DNA from: Acetomicrobium hydrogeniformans
GTDB lineage: Bacteria > Synergistota > Synergistia > Synergistales > JAFGMB01
Direction: 5' to 3'
DNA: 64,000 nucleotides
Assembly (NCBI GenBank): GCA_016841745.1
Contig: JAENYO010000001.1
Location: 601,463-665,462, forward strand
The position numbers and the translations under genes were made by a program. A model generated the notes under the pieces. The model had not been told where the DNA came from, did not search any database, and worked only from the letters and a program-made list of their open reading frames with translations. Shown here one piece after another: positions 47,331 to 55,792 of the stretch. Positions within the stretch are counted from its first letter, which is position 1. Each line of letters starts with the position of its first letter.

Positions 47331-48374
47331 TCAGATCCAATCAGGAGGGTCGACAGGATCAGGCCTTTTGCCAGATATTTCCCTGAATCTTTTCATAATA
47401 TCCCCTACAGCCTGGGGGTTATCATCGAAACTTCCGGTAAAACCTGATGCCAGACCCTGAGAAAAAGGACAGGCTCTTATACAGATACTGCAATCCGTAC
47501 CCACTGTCCTCCAATATTTATAACACTTTTCGGACTCTACCTTCCATTCTCTCTGATCATCTTCCTCGCTCAAAGCCTGGACAGGGCATTGAAGGGCACA
47601 ATTTCTGCAGATCCTGCAGAACGTCCCGAGTCCGAATTTTCTTGGCTTATCGGGCAAAAGTGGAAGATCCGTAGTTACTACTGCAAATCTCACAGCAGGA
47701 CCATAGTCTTGAGTTACAAGCATACCGCAACGTCCGAACTCACCCATTCCTGCATCCTGAGCCACCCTGTTGGGAACAACTAGATAATTCCCATCCATAT
47801 GATTCCTGGCTTCGTATCCTGTTTCACGGATATAATAAGACAACAGCATGCCTATTATGGCAACCCTTACATAACTTAAAGAAGATTCTACTACAACGGG
47901 AAGCCCTGGAGCCAGATTTATCTTGTCCATATCCATTGGCGAGGCAAATACTATACCGAAGGGATGAGGAACGCCAATGGAGCGTCCATAATCCTCTTTC
48001 GGCCGGCCCTTACGGGAATAGAAATGCTGCTCTCCAAGTCTGGCAATTCCTACCATCCGGGCACCATAGTACTCAGCCATAGCTTTGATCTTTCTGGTCA
48101 TCACTTCAGGGTCAAGAATAAGCCTCTTCCCTGAAGTCTCTCCTTCTACAAGAGGTCTGATATCCTCAAGGAATCTGAAATTGGCCTCGGCAATGGGTGA
48201 ATTTAGAGGATGATAGGTTTCCGTTCCAGGAGAACAGAGAGCAGGCATGGACCTCAGCAGATCGTCCAATTCCTTCTTTTCCGGTCTGCGGTTATAGTAT
48301 TCTTCATATTCAGGACTTCCTTTTTTGTATCTCATTCTTGCAAATATAGTATCCCGTTCATCCGCTCTCTTCAT
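47331..48374 (-). CDS. RdhA/QueG-superfamily 4Fe-4S protein (reductive-dehalogenase-like; no Tat signal seen)
   Basis: Core pattern YIRETGYEARNH...AQDAGMGEFGRCGMLVT..YGPAVRFAVVTTDLPL. Two ferredoxin-type clusters, FCRICRNCALQCP and CSICIRACP. The N-terminus lacks an RR leader. Confidence 0.6.
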   Translation of the reverse strand: MKRADERDTIFARMRYKKGSPEYEEYYNRRPEKKELDDLLRSMPALCSPGTETYHPLNSPIAEANFRFLEDIRPLVEGETSGKRLILDPEVMTRKIKAMAEYYGARMVGIARLGEQHFYSRKGRPKEDYGRSIGVPHPFGIVFASPMDMDKINLAPGLPVVVESSLSYVRVAIIGMLLSYYIRETGYEARNHMDGNYLVVPNRVAQDAGMGEFGRCGMLVTQDYGPAVRFAVVTTDLPLLPDKPRKFGLGTFCRICRNCALQCPVQALSEEDDQREWKVESEKCYKYWRTVGTDCSICIRACPFSQGLASGFTGSFDDNPQAVGDIMKRFREISGKRPDPVDPPDWI

Positions 48375-48550
48375 AACCGCCTCCAGAAAAAGATTTAATG
48401 GTATAACAATCTTCCCATACTCTCCACAGGTATACGTATTTCTACTTACCAGAGATTAGGTAATTACCGGGGTGAAGAAAAGGGGAATTATGGCTATTAT
48501 TATATCGAAAAAGCAACCTCCCCCAAGAAATACGGAACTAAACCCCTTTT

Positions 48551-48582
48551 CAACAAAGGAGACCCACGGGTCTCCTTTGTTG
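48551..48582 (-). terminator. candidate terminator hairpin after the cyclophilin-like gene
   Basis: Perfect 14-bp inverted repeat CAACAAAGGAGACC-CACG-GGTCTCCTTTGTTG, 4 nt downstream of the stop at 48586. There is no separate U-tract; the T-rich stretch is part of the stem. Confidence 0.45.
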
Positions 48583-48585
48583 ATA

Positions 48586-48984
48586 TTAATCATCCGACTC
48601 AGGTTCAATGACTACAGGATCACCTGAATTTACCAGTTCCTGTTCTAGAAGGCCAAGACCGGAAACTATTCTGCCTACAATATTTACTTCACTTGCTGGT
48701 CGGATCTCATCGTTATCCAGACTTGCAGGAGTAGTCCCCCAGAAGATACAGAAAGCCCTGCCAGGAGGCCAGTATGCAAGGTCTCCAGAACATACAACAG
48801 TCTGTGGGTCTTCAGGTTCTGCCGAAAAAGGGATGGGGAAATATATTTCCTTACCCCAACGGATGGCTCTGCCTTTTAAGGGAAGTATTTCTGCAATCCC
48901 TGAAGCTGTTAATGAATCGTTAAGTTCCGCGCTAAACATCGTCCCACCTGAGATAATGCGTATTCTCTTCATAGGATATTTCAC
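48586..48984 (-). CDS. cyclophilin-like fold protein (Cyclophil_like family)
   Basis: The pattern FSAELNDSLTASGIAEILPL...WGKEIYF...GDLAYWPPGRAFCIFWG matches the small cyclophilin-like family (TM1367-type) as I remember it. The probable start is the ATG at 48972 (MKRIRI), 11 nt after GGAGG. Confidence 0.65.
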   Translation of the reverse strand: MKYPMKRIRIISGGTMFSAELNDSLTASGIAEILPLKGRAIRWGKEIYFPIPFSAEPEDPQTVVCSGDLAYWPPGRAFCIFWGTTPASLDNDEIRPASEVNIVGRIVSGLGLLEQELVNSGDPVVIEPESDD

Positions 48985-50144
48985 CTCCTGTACTCTATGG
49001 AAGATTTGTCCTCAGAACCTTTCAGGTCGATGACGGTGATTTTAGGTGGAGCGAGAAACCTCAAAGGTGGACCCCATGTACCAGTACCCGGGCTCACATA
49101 GAGATATTGCCCCTTTCCAAGGGATTTTAATCCTGTACCACACCTGTAAGCAAGAAATGTCAAAAAGCTGAAGGGGAAGATCTGGCCTCCGTGAATATGT
49201 CCGGAAAGCTGAAGGTCAAAGAATCTGGAAGATGCTGATTCTACCCTTGGCTGATGTTTAAGCAGAAGTATTATGCTGTCGCCTGACAGATTTTCCAGAA
49301 GCTCACTTTCGCAAACAGAGCCTTTCTTGTCAAATATAGCACCTGCAGGATCATCGATACCTGCAAGGGTCAGGAAAGGTGTAACCTTTACTGCACTATT
49401 CCGGAGGATACGAAAACCTGCTTTTCTGGTAAAACCCTCAGAATATTCGATCCCCCGATAAAATTCGTGATTTCCCGTAACAGCATATTTACCAAAAGGC
49501 GCATCGATAGATGCAAGTATGGTTGAAAAACCATCCATCTCTCCTCCCTGACCATCTACCAGATCTCCTGTGGAAATGACAAGATCCGGTTTATTATTAT
49601 TTATAAGTTCGACTATCCCTTCAAGTTTTCTCCTGTTAACAAGCAGCCCCAGGTGAACATCCGATATCTGGATAATTCGAAAAGGAGTCTCTGTCTCCAT
49701 AATTTTCGGAGAACAAAAAAGAAGTTCTTCCGTGGTTATCCAGGATGCCTCAAAATAACCATAAGAACACAAGAATAGAGAAAGGACAATGGAGATAAAA
49801 AAACCGGTCCTTACTGAAGGGAAAAAGGGAGAGGACCTTAACAGAATAAACTGGATCAATCTGCCCAGATCCATAACGAGAAGAAGGGATATTGCCAGAA
49901 AAAGAAAACCCATCCACAGATACCCTGAATAGGCCAGGAAATATCGGTAACAATTCCATTCCCGGGACTCGCATAACCTCAAAAGAATGGGTGAGAGGAT
50001 CATGAACAGCGAAAAGGGAAGGAAGAAGAGCACCGATAATATCCTTGAGTGAAAAACATTTCTCAGGGAAAGGTAAAAATAGAAATGCATGGATCCGTAA
50101 ACAAGTCCATAAATACAAAGGAAAAGGGACAGACTTCTCTGCAT
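48981..50144 (-). CDS. membrane-anchored metallophosphoesterase (YkuE-like)
   Basis: About 4 N-terminal TM helices, then phosphoesterase motifs QISDVHLG, TGDLVDG, GNHE and GHIHGG. GGGAGG lies 9 nt upstream of the ATG at 50144. Confidence 0.8.
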   Translation of the reverse strand: MQRSLSLFLCIYGLVYGSMHFYFYLSLRNVFHSRILSVLFFLPFSLFMILSPILLRLCESREWNCYRYFLAYSGYLWMGFLFLAISLLLVMDLGRLIQFILLRSSPFFPSVRTGFFISIVLSLFLCSYGYFEASWITTEELLFCSPKIMETETPFRIIQISDVHLGLLVNRRKLEGIVELINNNKPDLVISTGDLVDGQGGEMDGFSTILASIDAPFGKYAVTGNHEFYRGIEYSEGFTRKAGFRILRNSAVKVTPFLTLAGIDDPAGAIFDKKGSVCESELLENLSGDSIILLLKHQPRVESASSRFFDLQLSGHIHGGQIFPFSFLTFLAYRCGTGLKSLGKGQYLYVSPGTGTWGPPLRFLAPPKITVIDLKGSEDKSSIEYRR

Positions 50145-50308
50145 GAGGATCATCCTCCCGGTAAGGTTCTTTAATTATAACCATTCTATTAATTCTCTCC
50201 AAACTACCCCACTCGGGATGTCACATATTACTTTAGCAATGTTATAATTCAGTGTATAGACGTTTTATCTTGGTGGTCTGGAATAATCCAGGAGAGGAGG
50301 TTTTGTCA

Positions 50309-50938
50309 ATGGAAAAACAACGGGATGTATATGTTCTGGGAGGAGGAAGCCATGGAAAGGTTCTGATAAGCACCCTTCTGGAAGCCGGGAGGAAAGTGGC
50401 AGGGATCCTTGATGATAATCAGCTTCTGTGGGGAAGCACTGTTTTAGATATCAAGGTTGTGGGACCTTTCGACCTTATGGCAGACCTTAAAGATTTTGAA
50501 GCCATGATAGCTATTGGAGCCAATTCGGTACGAAAAACGATCGCTTCCCGTTTTCCTGATACCCCATGGGCATCTGTCATCCACCCAAGGGCTTATGTGC
50601 ACTCCACAGTCAAGATAGGAGAAGGAAGTGCGATATTTGCAGGATCAGTACTACAGCCTGATATTATCATTGGAAACCATTGCATCATAAATACAGGCTG
50701 TTCCATAGACCATGACTGCATAATCGGAAATTTTGTACATATAGCACCTGGCAATACTCTCGCCAACAGTGTAAGCCTGGAGGAAGGGGTTCTTATGGGA
50801 ATAGGTTCCACAGTGATCCCCTACATAAACCTGGGCGAGTGGGCCACTATAGGTGCGGGAGGTGTTGTAGTAAAGGACATACCTCCCAATAGCTTAGCCG
50901 TGGGAGTCCCCGCAAAAACCTACACCAGGAAGGAGTAA
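50309..50938 (+). CDS. NeuD/PglD-family sugar O-/N-acetyltransferase (left-handed beta-helix)
   Basis: N-terminal Rossmann-like VYVLGGGSHGKV, and a C-terminal hexapeptide-repeat region (IGEGSAIFAGSVL..IIGNHCIINTGCSIDHDCIIGNFVHIAPG). GGAGG lies 8 nt upstream of the ATG at 50309. Confidence 0.8.
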   Translation: MEKQRDVYVLGGGSHGKVLISTLLEAGRKVAGILDDNQLLWGSTVLDIKVVGPFDLMADLKDFEAMIAIGANSVRKTIASRFPDTPWASVIHPRAYVHSTVKIGEGSAIFAGSVLQPDIIIGNHCIINTGCSIDHDCIIGNFVHIAPGNTLANSVSLEEGVLMGIGSTVIPYINLGEWATIGAGGVVVKDIPPNSLAVGVPAKTYTRKE

Positions 50939-50958
50939 CATAAGAGCGGGCTTTACCG

Positions 50959-50996
50959 GGGTGCTGTCTTGTGAAAAAAATGGACAGCACCCTTTG
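50959..50996. terminator. candidate terminator hairpin between the convergent acetyltransferase and rtcB genes
   Basis: GGGTGCTGTC-N14-GACAGCACCC (10-bp stem) followed by TTTG on the plus strand. The 14-nt loop is large and the U-tract is weak. Confidence 0.4.
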
Positions 50997-51038
50997 AAAG
51001 GAGAGTAGACAGTCTTCAGGACGCTTCGAAATCAACCT

Positions 51039-52481
51039 TTAGCCCTTAATCACTGCAATGGGTTTCATTCTGGCAACCTTGCTGCTTATTCCCGCCCTTG
51101 AAACCACATCAACAACTGAATCAACATCCTTATATGCCTGTGGTATTTCTTCACAGAGAGTTCTGTAACTATCCGCCATGACGCATATACCACGACTTTT
51201 CATCTCTCTTTTTATTTCTTCACCCCGGATATTTTTTCTGGCTGCATGGCGGCTCATGAGCCTTCCAGCTCCATGACATGTGGAAGAGAAACACTGCTCT
51301 TCCGCTATACTGGTACCGAGGAGGATGTAACTTGCCGTTCCCATACTTCCTGGAATGATAACCGGCTGGCCTGTTTTCTGAAAGGGACCTGATAAATTAG
51401 AGTGCCCCGGCGGTAAAGCACGGGTAGCTCCTTTTCTGTGAACACAAAAGGATTTTCTCCCTTCACCGTAGGGGAACTCTTCGATATGGGCCATGTTATG
51501 GCTGACATCATAGAGAAGGTGAAGCTCATGTGAAGGGAAAACCCTCGTGAAAACATCCCTTACCATACTTCCGATCACTTCTCTGTTGGCCAAAGCAAAA
51601 TTGGCAGCAGACCACATCGCTTCCAGATAATTTTTCCCTTCTTCTGATCTTATGGGTACACAGCAGAGCTGCCTGTCTGGAACAGATATTCCGTACTTCT
51701 TCATGGCTGAATTCATAAGACGGATATGATCGTCGCATACCTGATGTCCCAGCCCTCTGCTGCCGCAGTGTATCATGATAGCAACCTGTCCTTCATATAA
51801 TCCAAAGGAGCGAGCAGCGTCTCCGTCAAATATTTTCTCAACTACCTGGACTTCCAGAAAGTGGTTTCCCGAGCCAAGGGTCCCAAGCTGATCTCTACCC
51901 CTTTCCCTGGCCTTAGGAGAGACTGCATCCGGGTTTGCTCCTCTCAGGACTCCATTTTCTTCGATATGTTGCAGATCATTTTCTGTTCCGCGACCTTTTC
52001 CAACTGCCCAGGATGCCCCACATTGAAGGACCTTGTCCATGTCCCTCTCTGAAAGTCTTATTTTCCCCCTGGAACCAACTCCGCAAGGGACATTCGCAAA
52101 GAGCGCTGCAGTCAGAGGTTCGAGCTGTGCTCTAACCTCATCTTCTCCCATGGAAGACGTCATAAGCCTGACTCCACAGGAAATATCATATCCAACCCCG
52201 CCAGGTGAGATAATTCCTTCTTCTAGATCAAAGGCAGCCACTCCTCCTATGGGGAATCCGTACCCCCAATGGACATCGGGCATGGCGAAACTGTATCCGC
52301 TTATGCCTGGCAGACAGGCCACGTTGGCTATCTGCTGCAGGGCATTCTCCTTCTCAAGGTTTTCCAGGATATAGTTATCTCCATAGATCATACCCGGTAC
52401 TTTCATGCCGGACATGGCGGACATAGAAAGTTCCCATCTGACATCATCGACTCTTTTCAGAAATTCCCTCATTTGCATCAC
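51039..52481 (-). CDS. rtcB: RNA-splicing ligase RtcB
   Basis: GYDISCGVR, GSGNHFLE, HCGSRGLGHQV and the C-terminal STCHGAGR are canonical RtcB metal/GTP-site motifs. The likely start is the ATG at 52472 or 52478, downstream of AAGGTG. Confidence 0.95.
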   Translation of the reverse strand: MMQMREFLKRVDDVRWELSMSAMSGMKVPGMIYGDNYILENLEKENALQQIANVACLPGISGYSFAMPDVHWGYGFPIGGVAAFDLEEGIISPGGVGYDISCGVRLMTSSMGEDEVRAQLEPLTAALFANVPCGVGSRGKIRLSERDMDKVLQCGASWAVGKGRGTENDLQHIEENGVLRGANPDAVSPKARERGRDQLGTLGSGNHFLEVQVVEKIFDGDAARSFGLYEGQVAIMIHCGSRGLGHQVCDDHIRLMNSAMKKYGISVPDRQLCCVPIRSEEGKNYLEAMWSAANFALANREVIGSMVRDVFTRVFPSHELHLLYDVSHNMAHIEEFPYGEGRKSFCVHRKGATRALPPGHSNLSGPFQKTGQPVIIPGSMGTASYILLGTSIAEEQCFSSTCHGAGRLMSRHAARKNIRGEEIKREMKSRGICVMADSYRTLCEEIPQAYKDVDSVVDVVSRAGISSKVARMKPIAVIKG

Positions 52482-52483
52482 CT

Positions 52484-52852
52484 TCAGATATCCAGATATA
52501 CCCTGAAAAAAGGGGGGCTAGTCAGTAGTAAAACACCGCCGTAGGTAGCAGCCTTAACATACGTGATAATATATGGGGCTTCATAAAGTGTTCCTTTTAC
52601 ATGTAGTACTTTTTCCAAAGGTTCAAGGTGAACCTGCTGAATAATAAATATACCTATCCTTGCATCGTAAAGAAAGAGAAGTTCATTCATCCATGAAACC
52701 ATGATCTCAACAAGATCGTTACCGCAGATCGAAATATCATGTTCTTGAAGAAATGGTCCCGGACTTGCACCCTCGAACATGACCCTGTAAAGAGCAGCGG
52801 CAGACTCAAAAACAAGCTCTTCCATGGTTGATGCGGTTATTTCAAGTCCCAT
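52484..52852 (-). CDS. archease (RtcB activator); the 5' end is anomalous
   Basis: The pattern G.EITASTMEELVFESAAALYRVM, the C-terminal KAATYGG, and the position directly upstream of rtcB all fit archease. The conserved ELEHTAD motif is encoded just upstream of the first ATG (52853-52873), but behind an in-frame TGA (52877-52879). See findings. Confidence 0.8.
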   Translation of the reverse strand: MGLEITASTMEELVFESAAALYRVMFEGASPGPFLQEHDISICGNDLVEIMVSWMNELLFLYDARIGIFIIQQVHLEPLEKVLHVKGTLYEAPYIITYVKAATYGGVLLLTSPPFFRVYLDI

Positions 52853-53085
52853 ATCCGCTGTATGCTCGAGTTCCTTTCAGGGCATTCCGGTCAACTCCTT
52901 AATTTGTTATTTCAGGGTTATTTATTATAGTAATTATATACCAGGCTACTCTAATATCATTATTCTCCCGAAATAAATATGTCATAATGGCCTGTAGGAA
53001 ACAAAATACTCCATAGAAAAATACAAATGACCGGCAAGGTAAGGTATCATTAGCAAAAGTCGGCATTTTCAGGGAGGTAAATAAA

Positions 53086-54762
53086 ATGAATCGGTTCTGG
53101 GAAAAATACATAATCCTTCTTACACTTCTATTCTTCTTTCAAGGGAGTTACTGTGCTGCAGAGGATCGATTGTCTCCTCTAAAAATAACCGGACCAAAGG
53201 TTTATGAACTCTACATGGTCATAATAAGAGATCCTGACGCACAGGTTCTCGCCGCAGAAAAGGGAGATATAGATGTTCTAGGTGATATCATAAGGCCAGT
53301 CGACGTTGAAAGATTATCCAGGAACCCTGATCTGGACCTCTCTCTTGCCCAGGCCTTTCACGGATTTTTCCTGGGGTTCAACCTTCGAAAGTCACCCTGG
53401 AACATGGAGGAACTCCGCCAGGCTGCATGGCTTGCCATACCCAGAGAAAAAATAGTACGTGACCTCTTCTCCGGATATGCAGCACCCCTCTCCACATTTC
53501 TTCCTCCAGCTTCACCCTACGCGGAAAAGGACATTCCTCTTTCCGGATTCGATCCTGTAAAGGCCAGAGAGATTCTTAAAAATGCCGGCTGGAAATGGGA
53601 CAGTGAGGGAATACTCATTCCACCCGGAACAGAAAAATCGCTGGAGAAGATGAAACTCCTGTCTCCTACTGCCCAGGTAGCCCCTACAACCGCAGAACTG
53701 GCTTCCAGATCAGTAGAATCGCTCAATGATATAGGCATTCCTCTCGAACTTGATCCCATGGATTTTGCCACCATGATATCCCGTCTTAACGAACATGATT
53801 TTGACACCTATGTTCTTGCATGGTCAATGACAAGAGACCCTGATTCCCTTTTTGCCTTCTATCACAGTTCCATGAATATTAAAGGAGGATACAATATTCC
53901 AGGTATAAACGATCCAGAGTTGGATAAAGCACTGGAAGAACTTCGCTGGGCTCCTGATGAAAGATCTGCCCGGGAAGCATCTTCTCTCAGCCAGAAACTT
54001 CTGGATAAAAAGGTTCCTGCAATTCCCATCTATTCCCGTTATTCCATTGCTTCTGTAAACCGAAGGTGGAAGAATATTATAAAAAGCAGGGTAAGCACCG
54101 CTGATAACACATGGTCTCTTCTATCGATGGAGCCCGTTAAAGGAGAGATGGTACCCCTTCACTGGTGTCTGTCAGATGAACCAAGATCTCTTAATCCATT
54201 CTCGGCAGGTTCTGCTTATGACTGGCAGGTAATGGGTACAATCTATGACGGACTTCTTGCCGTAGATCCCTTCACTCTCGAAGATATACCCTGGCTCGCA
54301 GAGGAATGGAAGATCGAAACTGTCACCAGGGGTGATGGGGAAAAAACCAGACTGTATTTCCGATTGAGAGAAGATGTAGTCTGGCAGGATGGCAAGCCCT
54401 TTACAGCTGAAGATGTGAAGTCGACGATCCTCTTCCTCAGAGATAACATGATCCCCCGTTACCTTGATAATGTCAGGGATGTAATAGAGATTGCCATTCC
54501 CGATAACTACAGTATTGAAATAACCATGAAGGGAGTAAGTTACTGGTATCTTCACAACATTGGAGGACTCCCCATTTTACCTGAACATATAATCCGTAAC
54601 GTGAAGGACTGGCAGAACTGGCAGCCTTCAAAACTTGAAAATCCGGTCGATAAAACTCTGACTCAGTTGGTCGGAACCGGACCCTTCGTTTTCAGGGAAT
54701 ACCGGATCGGAGAATATGTAAGATTCACAAGAAATGAAAAGTTCTGGCTTCTTGAACAATGA
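53086..54762 (+). CDS. ABC transporter substrate-binding protein, family 5 (Dpp/Opp type), apparently circularly permuted
   Basis: Signal peptide MNRFWEKYIILLTLLFFFQGSYCAA. Residues ~40-340 resemble the usual C-terminal two-thirds of DppA-like proteins. Residues ~358-556 resemble the usual N-terminal third (SLNP...PWLAEEWKIE...DGKPFTAEDV...VGTGPFVFREY...EKFW). Confidence 0.85.
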   Translation: MNRFWEKYIILLTLLFFFQGSYCAAEDRLSPLKITGPKVYELYMVIIRDPDAQVLAAEKGDIDVLGDIIRPVDVERLSRNPDLDLSLAQAFHGFFLGFNLRKSPWNMEELRQAAWLAIPREKIVRDLFSGYAAPLSTFLPPASPYAEKDIPLSGFDPVKAREILKNAGWKWDSEGILIPPGTEKSLEKMKLLSPTAQVAPTTAELASRSVESLNDIGIPLELDPMDFATMISRLNEHDFDTYVLAWSMTRDPDSLFAFYHSSMNIKGGYNIPGINDPELDKALEELRWAPDERSAREASSLSQKLLDKKVPAIPIYSRYSIASVNRRWKNIIKSRVSTADNTWSLLSMEPVKGEMVPLHWCLSDEPRSLNPFSAGSAYDWQVMGTIYDGLLAVDPFTLEDIPWLAEEWKIETVTRGDGEKTRLYFRLREDVVWQDGKPFTAEDVKSTILFLRDNMIPRYLDNVRDVIEIAIPDNYSIEITMKGVSYWYLHNIGGLPILPEHIIRNVKDWQNWQPSKLENPVDKTLTQLVGTGPFVFREYRIGEYVRFTRNEKFWLLEQ

Positions 54763-54814
54763 GAAGGACATTCCCTTTAATATTGATCCTATCTAAAAAA
54801 GGATACATGGAATA

Positions 54815-55792
54815 ATGAAGAATTACTGGATAAAACGTATAGCAAGCGCCTTTCTCGTACTGGGGGTAGTTCTGATACTGAACTTCCTTCTCTTCAGGAT
54901 GATGCCGGGAGATCCTGTTTCAAGCATCATAGATCCCCGTTTTTCTCCCGAAGCAAAGGAGCAGCTCAGAAAGATCTATGGACTTGATCTCTCCTTGTCC
55001 CGCCAGTTCATTCTATATGCTAAACAGATGATTACCTTTAGATTCGGGATCTCCTTTTTAACCCAGAGGCCCATATGGGAAGAACTTTCTTCCAGAATAC
55101 CCAATACAGTAGCCCTTCTAGGCTCCGCTCTCATCCTGTCTGCCATTATCGGCACCCTCCTTGGAATAAAGGCTGCCCTGAATCGGGGTACGGTTATCGA
55201 AAAAATAGTATTGTGGGGAGGAGCTGTTTCCTTTTCCTTCCCCTCTTTTTTTGTTCAATTGATACTTCTGATGTGCTTTGGTTACCTTTTCCCTATTTTC
55301 CCTTTACGGGGGACTATTTCCATACCCCCTCCTACAGGAGCAATGGCTGCTGTCGCAGATTATATATGGCATATGAGCCTGCCCGTCATCTCCCTGGTCC
55401 TTCTTGGCTTTGGAGGATGGGCTCTTTATGTAAGGAATCTTATGGTTAAGGTATTGGGGGAAGATTTTATTCTTATGGCAAAAGCGAAGGGACTGCCTTC
55501 TCACAATATAATCTGGGGACATGCTTTTAGAACCATCCTTCCTCCAGTAATAACGATCTTTTTACTTGCCCTTCCCGGCATAGTGTCGGGGGCAGTTATT
55601 ACTGAAACAGTCTTCTCCCTTCACGGAGTAGGTCGATTCCTGCTGGAATCTGTGACCGGTCATGACTACCCCGCAGCAGGAGCAGCATTCTACCTGCTGG
55701 CGTTGCTTACCATAATGAGCAATCTTATTGCTGATTTAGCCTACGGTTTTGTAGATCCAAGGGTAAGGTTTGAAAGGAGGGGCAAACGTTGA
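54815..55792 (+). CDS. ABC transporter permease (DppB/OppB-like)
   Basis: N-terminus MKNYWIKRIASAFLVLGVVLILNFLLFRMMPGDP, 6 TM helices, and a C-terminal ADLAYGFVDPRVR typical of DppB/OppB. Confidence 0.9.
   Translation: MKNYWIKRIASAFLVLGVVLILNFLLFRMMPGDPVSSIIDPRFSPEAKEQLRKIYGLDLSLSRQFILYAKQMITFRFGISFLTQRPIWEELSSRIPNTVALLGSALILSAIIGTLLGIKAALNRGTVIEKIVLWGGAVSFSFPSFFVQLILLMCFGYLFPIFPLRGTISIPPPTGAMAAVADYIWHMSLPVISLVLLGFGGWALYVRNLMVKVLGEDFILMAKAKGLPSHNIIWGHAFRTILPPVITIFLLALPGIVSGAVITETVFSLHGVGRFLLESVTGHDYPAAGAAFYLLALLTIMSNLIADLAYGFVDPRVRFERRGKR

Noticed and set aside
52877-52879. Selenocysteine, considered as the explanation for the archease in-frame TGA
   Set aside because: I could find no convincing stem-loop in the 40 nt downstream. 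The position is not a redox-type site, and an MPW... reading (TGG mutated or misread as TGA) is simpler. It is reported as an anomaly, not as a selenoprotein.
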